From NCBI RefSeq assembly GCF_000010625.1, contig NC_010296.1, forward strand, positions 4,890,001 to 4,922,000: a DNA stretch of 32,000 nt. Reading direction: 5' to 3'. Of the stretch, positions 26,736 to 32,000 are shown in pieces. Numbering within the stretch: the stretch's first letter is position 1; the number at the start of each line of letters is the position of its first letter. The position numbers and the translations under genes were made by a program. This DNA is from Microcystis aeruginosa NIES-843. Its GTDB lineage: Bacteria > Cyanobacteriota > Cyanobacteriia > Cyanobacteriales > Microcystaceae. Below the pieces are notes generated by a model, which saw nothing but the letters and a program-made list of their open reading frames with translations, was not told the DNA's origin and did no database searches.

Positions 26736-26990
26736 ACCTCACATTTTAGCATATATTTCGTAAATGTGCTAATATTTAACAGTAAAGCCGTCGTAGAACG
26801 ACGGGGTTTCAGACCCAAATTTTCGATGAGGGATGATTAATTGTCAAGAAAAGCTAACATTAGTTGACCGAAAATTTGGGTACAAGCCCCGCCATGCCCG
26901 CGCAGGGTCGGGCGGCTCCACCTTAAATATGTATTGTCAACTTAAGGAATTTTGTGTTAAGATGTTGATACTCGATCGAGCAGTGTCAAG

Positions 26991-28214
26991 ATGTTTGTAC
27001 TAGAATACAAGGTTAAGCCAAAACCTAATCAGATAGAAGGCATTAACGAAGCAATACGGACAACCCAATTTGTTCGGAATAAAGTCCTGCGTTATTGGAT
27101 GGATAATCAGGGTGTTGGCAAAACAGAGTTATTTCGATACAACACAGCATTAAGGAAAGAGTTTAAATTTGTTGATGATTTAAACTCCCATGCTTGCCAG
27201 ACTGCTGTAGAAAGAACCTTGCGGGCAATTACTCGGTTTTACGATAATTGCCAAAATAAAGTTAAAGGAAAGAAAAACTACCCTAAGTTTAAAAAACATT
27301 CCCGTTCCGTTGAGTATAAAGTATCTGGATGGAAGCTATCAAAAGATAAACGCCATATTACCTTTACAGATAAAAAAGGTATTGGCACTCTTAAGTTGAT
27401 TGGTTCTAGAGATATTAATTACTATCAACCAGACCAGATTAAACGGGTAAGAATCCTGAATCGTGCCGATGGTTATTATGTGCAGTTTTGCCTTAAATTA
27501 GACCCCAGAGACACGGTTAAGCCTTTAACACCTTCCCAGAAAGCCACTGGGATTGATGTCGGATTAAAGTTTTTCTTAGTAGATAGCGAAGGCCATCAAA
27601 TTGATTGTCCGAACTACTATCGAAAAGCTGAAAAACAACTAAACCGATTAAACAAAAAAAAGTCAAAGAAATACCGTAAGGGTAAAAAACAATCTCGTAA
27701 TTATCACAAAGCTAGAAAGCGATATGCTCGGAAACATTTAAGAGTAAGTAGGCAACGAGAAGAGTTTGTCAAAAGTGTGGCACTCCGTTTAGTTAAGTCT
27801 AACGACTTAATCGTCTATGAAAACTTGAATATCAAAGGCATGGTCAAAAATCGTCATTTAGCCAAGTCGATAACCGATGCAGGATGGTCTGTTTTTAGGC
27901 AATGGCTAGAGTATTTTGGGGACAAATACGGCAAGTTAACTATAGCTGTCTCACCTCATAATACGTCTCAAAATTGTTCTAATTGTGGACAAAAAGTCCA
28001 AAAGTCGCTATCTACTCGAACCCATGTTTGTCCTCATTGTGGATACACAGATTGTCGAGACAGAAACGCCGCTTTAAACATCTTGCAAAAGGGATTAAGT
28101 AGCGTGGGGCGCACGCAAACTTTAAACGCTTCGGGAGAGATTCCCTCTTGGTTGGTTGGAGAAATCCTGCTTGCTAACGGAGACTCAATGAACGAAGAAT
28201 CCCCGTCTCTTTAG
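26991..28214 (+). CDS. tnpB: TnpB (IS605 OrfB) RNA-guided nuclease family protein, E3
   Basis: RuvC contexts ATGIDVGLKF, IVYENLNI and CRDRNAALNI. Zinc finger CSNCG...CPHCG. The stop codon sits inside the right-end hairpin. Confidence 0.9.
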   Translation: MFVLEYKVKPKPNQIEGINEAIRTTQFVRNKVLRYWMDNQGVGKTELFRYNTALRKEFKFVDDLNSHACQTAVERTLRAITRFYDNCQNKVKGKKNYPKFKKHSRSVEYKVSGWKLSKDKRHITFTDKKGIGTLKLIGSRDINYYQPDQIKRVRILNRADGYYVQFCLKLDPRDTVKPLTPSQKATGIDVGLKFFLVDSEGHQIDCPNYYRKAEKQLNRLNKKKSKKYRKGKKQSRNYHKARKRYARKHLRVSRQREEFVKSVALRLVKSNDLIVYENLNIKGMVKNRHLAKSITDAGWSVFRQWLEYFGDKYGKLTIAVSPHNTSQNCSNCGQKVQKSLSTRTHVCPHCGYTDCRDRNAALNILQKGLSSVGRTQTLNASGEIPSWLVGEILLANGDSMNEESPSL

Positions 28215-28231
28215 AGCGGGGAGCGTCAAAC
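28030..28231 (+). ncRNA. Candidate omega-RNA scaffold of E3
   Basis: The tnpB 3' end plus the right-end hairpin and agcgtcaaac. The 5' limit is a guess. Confidence 0.4.
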
Positions 28232-28370
28232 AAAAAAGGCGTTACAGGCGCTTTGATTGTCTGAGGCCTCTGGTTTTAGACTTTGGGAGATACCCCCCTT
28301 GAGGAGAATCTCTTAAAGTGCATTGTTAAGGTGTGTTAGTAAAAAAGTATCGGTCAATTGGTGATTCTAG

Positions 28371-29957
28371 ATGACCTACTGCCTTAATCCCAACTGTACT
28401 CAACCAAAAAACGCCCCGACAGCGTTAATCTGCGAGAGTTGCGGTTCAAAACTTCTTCTGCACGACCGCTATCAAACCCTACGCATTTTGGGGAAAGGAG
28501 GGTTTGGGGCAACTTTTGTATCATCGGATCTGTCCCTACCAGATAAGCCCCTCTGTGTGGTCAAACAACTGCAACCTCCCCCTAAAGATGCTAGTGTTTT
28601 TCGCATGGCTAAGGATCTTTTTGATCGAGAAGCGGAAACCTTGGCAAAACTGGGAGTTCATCCGCAGATTCCCCGATTATTAGACTATTTTGAAGATAAT
28701 CAAGAGTTTTATCTAGTTCAAGAATACGTTAAAGGTCATAACCTGCACCAAGAGGTCAAAAAACGCGGACCGTTTAGCGAAGCGGGAGTCAAACAGTTTT
28801 TAAGTGAACTCTTGCCGATTTTGAAATATGTCCACGAGCAAAGGGTAATTCATCGGGATATCAAACCCGCTAACCTAATTCGTCGGCAAACAGACCGAAA
28901 ATTGGTTCTGATTGACTTCGGGGCCGTCAAAAATCCAGTTAATAGCGTCATGGCCAATGCCGATTCTCAAACCGCTTTGACTAATTTTGCCGTGGGTACC
29001 CAAGGTTTTGCCCCCCCCGAACAGATGGCCATGCGTCCCGTTTACGCTAGTGATATCTACGCGGTGGGAGCTACCTGTCTCTATCTACTCACGGGCAAAT
29101 CTCCTAAAGCGATCGAAGTTGATATTAATACAGGTGAATTACTCTGGGAAAAATTAGTCAAGGTGAGTCCCCAGTTTGCTAAAGTCCTGAAAACAATGCT
29201 GGAAGTCTCTGTCCGTCATCGCTACAAATCCGCTCAAGAGGTAATGGATGCTTTAGACATGACGGCTTATGCCGACAGTCTAGCCCAAAGTTTAATCGCC
29301 GCTCCAATGGTTACTTCCCAGCCCCCCCGACAAAATTCAGGTTCGATGGCCACTTCCTCCGTTTCTGTCCCTCTCAAGTCTAAATTTCGTCCCAAAAATC
29401 AAAATCCAGAGGCCTCTCCAGATAATATGCTGGGGGGACAGATGGCTTTTTCGCTGTTTAATACAAATGTATTGAATAAAAGTAAAGCCCGCAGCAGCAC
29501 AGAGCTAACCTTACTGAAGAAAAAACCCCGCTTAGATGAAAAAGCGCTTCTCGATGCTTACAATAACGGCCGGCGCAATTTCGCCCAAGAGGAATTACCA
29601 AATCTCAATCTGGCCAAAGCCAAACTTGTGGGCGTCAATTTCTGTCAATCCAAATTAACAAGAGCTAATTTACAAGGGGCAGATCTGTCCAATGCGGATC
29701 TGGGCCGGGCTAATCTCAGTCAAGCTATTCTCAAAAGTACCAATTTAAATAATGCCTATCTCGGTTATGCAGACCTAGAAAAGGCCGATTTACGCGGGGC
29801 TAATCTCACTGGCGCCCATCTTCGCTACGCTAATCTCAAAGATGCTAATCTTTGCGGGGCTAATCTCTCTGATGCCCAAGTAACTCGAGAACAAATCGCC
29901 CTAGCAAAAACCAATTGGTTAACAGTTATGCCCAATGGTAAACGCGGTTCCTGGTAA
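28371..29957 (+). CDS. Ser/Thr protein kinase with N-terminal zinc-ribbon and C-terminal pentapeptide repeats (SpkB-like architecture)
   Basis: N-terminal CLNPNC...CESCG. Kinase motifs VIHRDIKPANL, DFG and GFAPPE. The C-terminus carries tandem A(N/D)LxG-type pentapeptides (ANLQGADLSNADLGRANLSQA...). Confidence 0.9.
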   Translation: MTYCLNPNCTQPKNAPTALICESCGSKLLLHDRYQTLRILGKGGFGATFVSSDLSLPDKPLCVVKQLQPPPKDASVFRMAKDLFDREAETLAKLGVHPQIPRLLDYFEDNQEFYLVQEYVKGHNLHQEVKKRGPFSEAGVKQFLSELLPILKYVHEQRVIHRDIKPANLIRRQTDRKLVLIDFGAVKNPVNSVMANADSQTALTNFAVGTQGFAPPEQMAMRPVYASDIYAVGATCLYLLTGKSPKAIEVDINTGELLWEKLVKVSPQFAKVLKTMLEVSVRHRYKSAQEVMDALDMTAYADSLAQSLIAAPMVTSQPPRQNSGSMATSSVSVPLKSKFRPKNQNPEASPDNMLGGQMAFSLFNTNVLNKSKARSSTELTLLKKKPRLDEKALLDAYNNGRRNFAQEELPNLNLAKAKLVGVNFCQSKLTRANLQGADLSNADLGRANLSQAILKSTNLNNAYLGYADLEKADLRGANLTGAHLRYANLKDANLCGANLSDAQVTREQIALAKTNWLTVMPNGKRGSW

Positions 29958-30016
29958 TCTTTTTTCAGTGGGTAAGTTATCAGTAATCAATGAAAAGACA
30001 GTAGGAAACTTCTATT

Positions 30017-30497
30017 TAGGGTTTGCTGAAAATTACTGAAAGCCTTACTAGAAAACGGTTTTGGCACTTTTTTAGCCCAAAAAGTGCCAGAAACAAACGT
30101 TGAGAAATCGATCCGAGGGACTCAAAACCCTTGCACTTTCGCTCTTCGATCTCGAAGGGTTCCGCTTCCAGACGTGCGAGGTCATTCTGTTATTCTGACT
30201 TCCCCTCCCGACTCCTGACGACCGACTCCTGACGACCGACTCCTAACCCCACCAATAAACTTTTTGCCGCAGACCCTATTTAGGGTTGGCTGAATAAATC
30301 TAAAAACCTTGTTGGGTAAGACTTTTAGACTTTTTGTCAATCAAAAAGTCCAGGACTGGGAGTGATCAGGGGGAAAATTCTGGGACTTTTTCCCTGAAAA
30401 TTAGGTAGTTGACCACCTGAAAATCGGTAAAACCCTACACCCCACACCCCACACCCCACACCCTGCCCCCAAGAAAAACTTTTTGCCGCAAACCCTA
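30017..30497. mobile_element. Two tandem MITE units of the TAGGGTYTGC family (30017-30278 and 30281-30497)
   Basis: Each unit starts with tagggtt(t/g)gctgaa and ends with ctttttgccgca(g/a)acccta. Unit 2 contains a CCCCACA array (30433-30470) and is the inverted counterpart of 3510-3727. Confidence 0.6.
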
Positions 30498-30524
30498 TTT
30501 AATACTGTCACTTAAAACTCAAAT

Positions 30525-30580
30525 CTGATAACTGATAACCTACCCACTGATAGCTGATAACTGATCACTGATAACTGATT
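30525..30580. repeat. CTGATAA/CTGATCA heptamer array
   Basis: Reads ctgataa ctgataa cctaccca ctgatag ctgataa ctgatca ctgataa ctgatt. It abuts the desA stop codon. Confidence 0.85.
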
Positions 30581-31620
30581 TAACCGCGACTTTCCTTAAA
30601 AGTTTTGTAGGCGGTTTCGGAGTCGAAAATATGGCAATAATCAACAATTCGCTTCATTAATGCCCAAGAAAACTCGGTTTCTTTCAGGTGACTACCCCAA
30701 TTTTCTTTGAGACTAGCGTGAACTTTGCGGAGGTTATAGGAAGGAATCGCCGTCGAGATATGATGGGGGATATGGACATTAATATCGTGACAGAGAATTT
30801 CTACCCAACGGGGATAGCTACAGTGAACTGTCCCTTCTAGTTGCGCTAAAGCTTGATTCCAGTCTTCGGGATAGGAAAATTGAATATCGGGGTCTGTGTG
30901 ATGGACAAGGGTAAAGGTACTCATCCAAAAATGATAGACAAACCAAGGTACCACCCAAAATTTAACCAATCCCCAAACACCAGTGTAGAAAATTAGGGTT
31001 GGGAAAAAAATAGCGGCAAAAACTAGGACGACAATCATCGAAAAGCGCGCTTTTTCCCGTTCGTTCTCCTTGAATTGTTCGATGTTGAAGTGTAGAATAG
31101 CCCAGTGGGCGATCGAACCAAGCCACCAGAAACGTCCGCGAATGCCGCGATAAAAGAGACGCACTAAGGGATTGGCCGAGTTAAAAGCTTCTAGTTCCCA
31201 CGGATCCCAAGCATTATCTATAGTTACCATGTTAGTTTTAGTATGATGGCGATCATGCAGGAAACGCCAGCAGTGGAAGGGATAGATAAGCGGTAAGAGG
31301 AAAATATGACCGACAAGATCATTAACCCAGGGTCGATTGGAAAAAGACCGATGACCGCAATCATGCGCGATCACAAAAAATCCCGTTAAAGCTGTACCCG
31401 TGAAAATCCAAGCTAAAGGCAGTAAATACCAGGGAGAATAAACTAGCATTGCATAACCCGCAATGACCGCCAAAATATTCGTAATCACTCCAAACCAAGC
31501 TTTAACTGGGTCTTTCTGGAAATATTCTTTGGGAATGCTTTTAATAATATCTTTCAGTTTAAAGTCTGGCTCGATCGAGGTGATCAACTCCCCATGCAAT
31601 TTATCCGTCGTTGCCGTCAT
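30580..31620 (-). CDS. desA: Delta-12 acyl-lipid (fatty acid) desaturase
   Basis: Three histidine boxes: HDCGH, HDRHH and HIPHH. It is collinear with Synechocystis DesA as I recall it ([42 protein letters not shown]). The start is ATG 31620 (MTATTDKL), within ORF 30580-31656. Confidence 0.9.
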   Translation of the reverse strand: MTATTDKLHGELITSIEPDFKLKDIIKSIPKEYFQKDPVKAWFGVITNILAVIAGYAMLVYSPWYLLPLAWIFTGTALTGFFVIAHDCGHRSFSNRPWVNDLVGHIFLLPLIYPFHCWRFLHDRHHTKTNMVTIDNAWDPWELEAFNSANPLVRLFYRGIRGRFWWLGSIAHWAILHFNIEQFKENEREKARFSMIVVLVFAAIFFPTLIFYTGVWGLVKFWVVPWFVYHFWMSTFTLVHHTDPDIQFSYPEDWNQALAQLEGTVHCSYPRWVEILCHDINVHIPHHISTAIPSYNLRKVHASLKENWGSHLKETEFSWALMKRIVDYCHIFDSETAYKTFKESRG

Positions 31621-32000
31621 GAAATCTCCAATTACACTTAGGTGAACCCTTGACAAGAAATCAGCTAGGAGGTTTGGCTAAATTCTGCTCCCTACCACAA
31701 GCCAATTTTTTTGTCAATATATTTTTAACTTTAATTAATAAACTTCCGCGAAGCTTAATAATCCTTTACTTTATATACCATAAGAGGAGATTTTCTGTTT
31801 TGGCAAAATTTGACGGCGGGTGCATCTCATTTTTGTAAATCTACCAATTGGGATTTTTACGGGAAAACTCTCGGCTAAAATCGGGCATTACTTCCGATTT
31901 TATCACTCAATCCCAGCTTTTGGGGGGTTCTACCCCCCAAACCCCGGAGCGCATTAGCTTTTCGGTGAGATGCTTACACGCAGCTGCTGATACATTTGTC

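Larger units (their letters stand above)
25504..26842 (-). mobile_element. tnpB-only IS200/IS605-family element E2
   Basis: The right end is the reverse complement of 25504-25540: gaatcGCCGTCCGttttaCGGCGGCgaggatgtcaac. The left-end hairpin is CCGTCG-tagaa-CGACGG at 26788-26804. The proposed TAM is TTGAC, the reverse complement of 26843-26847. The left boundary is uncertain. Confidence 0.65.
26869..28231 (+). mobile_element. tnpB-only IS200/IS605-family element E3
   Basis: TTGAC at 26864-26868, then the left end cgaaaatttgggt and a hairpin (26886-26915). The right end is gaatCCCCGtctctttagagCGGGGagcgtcaaac, ending at 28231. Confidence 0.65.

Noticed and set aside
31920-31940. Palindrome TTGGGGGG-ttcta-CCCCCCAA as an intrinsic terminator
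   Set aside because: The hairpin is strong but has no U-tract on either strand and no adjacent gene end within the window, so its function cannot be assigned.

Overview
This is a 32-kb cyanobacterial chromosomal window. Support: many HIP1 GCGATCGC palindromes, psbM, desA and an SpkB-like kinase. The C4-tract heptamer/octamer arrays and heavy MITE load look Microcystis-like, but the genus is inference. The backbone is housekeeping: dacB-like PBP4 (partial), an ABC ATPase, a short KdpD, psbM (too small for the ORF track), a NUDIX hydrolase, rpsN, pnp, prfA, argJ, murE, a Ser/Thr kinase and desA. On top of this sits a very dense mobile and repeat layer. (1) There are three intact but mutually divergent tnpB genes of the IS200/IS605 family: one with a decayed tnpA and two tnpB-only elements inserted head-to-head. 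An orphan right-end relic is also present. All four share a GAATC-hairpin-GTCAA(A/C) right-end module (candidate omega-RNA scaffold), and the three full elements each have a TTGAC 5' of the left end. (2) Two direct copies of an internally deleted IS4/IS1634-like element bracket a G+C-richer 5-gene operon: a tandem-DUF4242 protein, an acyl-CoA-dehydrogenase-fold flavoprotein and a NitT/TauT-type ABC importer. This is my best candidate for an undescribed accessory uptake/oxidation module. (3) A MITE family with TAGGGTYTGC termini is present, and one mini-copy sits exactly at an internal deletion of a cellulose-synthase gene. (4) A second MITE has clean TIR/TSD and an empty paralogous site in the window. 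(5) There are several G-quadruplex/i-motif-capable C4/G4 arrays. Three genes are visibly decayed: the bcsA-like gene, the DUF4079 gene and tnpA. Coordinates of features outside the ORF track were counted by hand and may be off by 1-2 nt.
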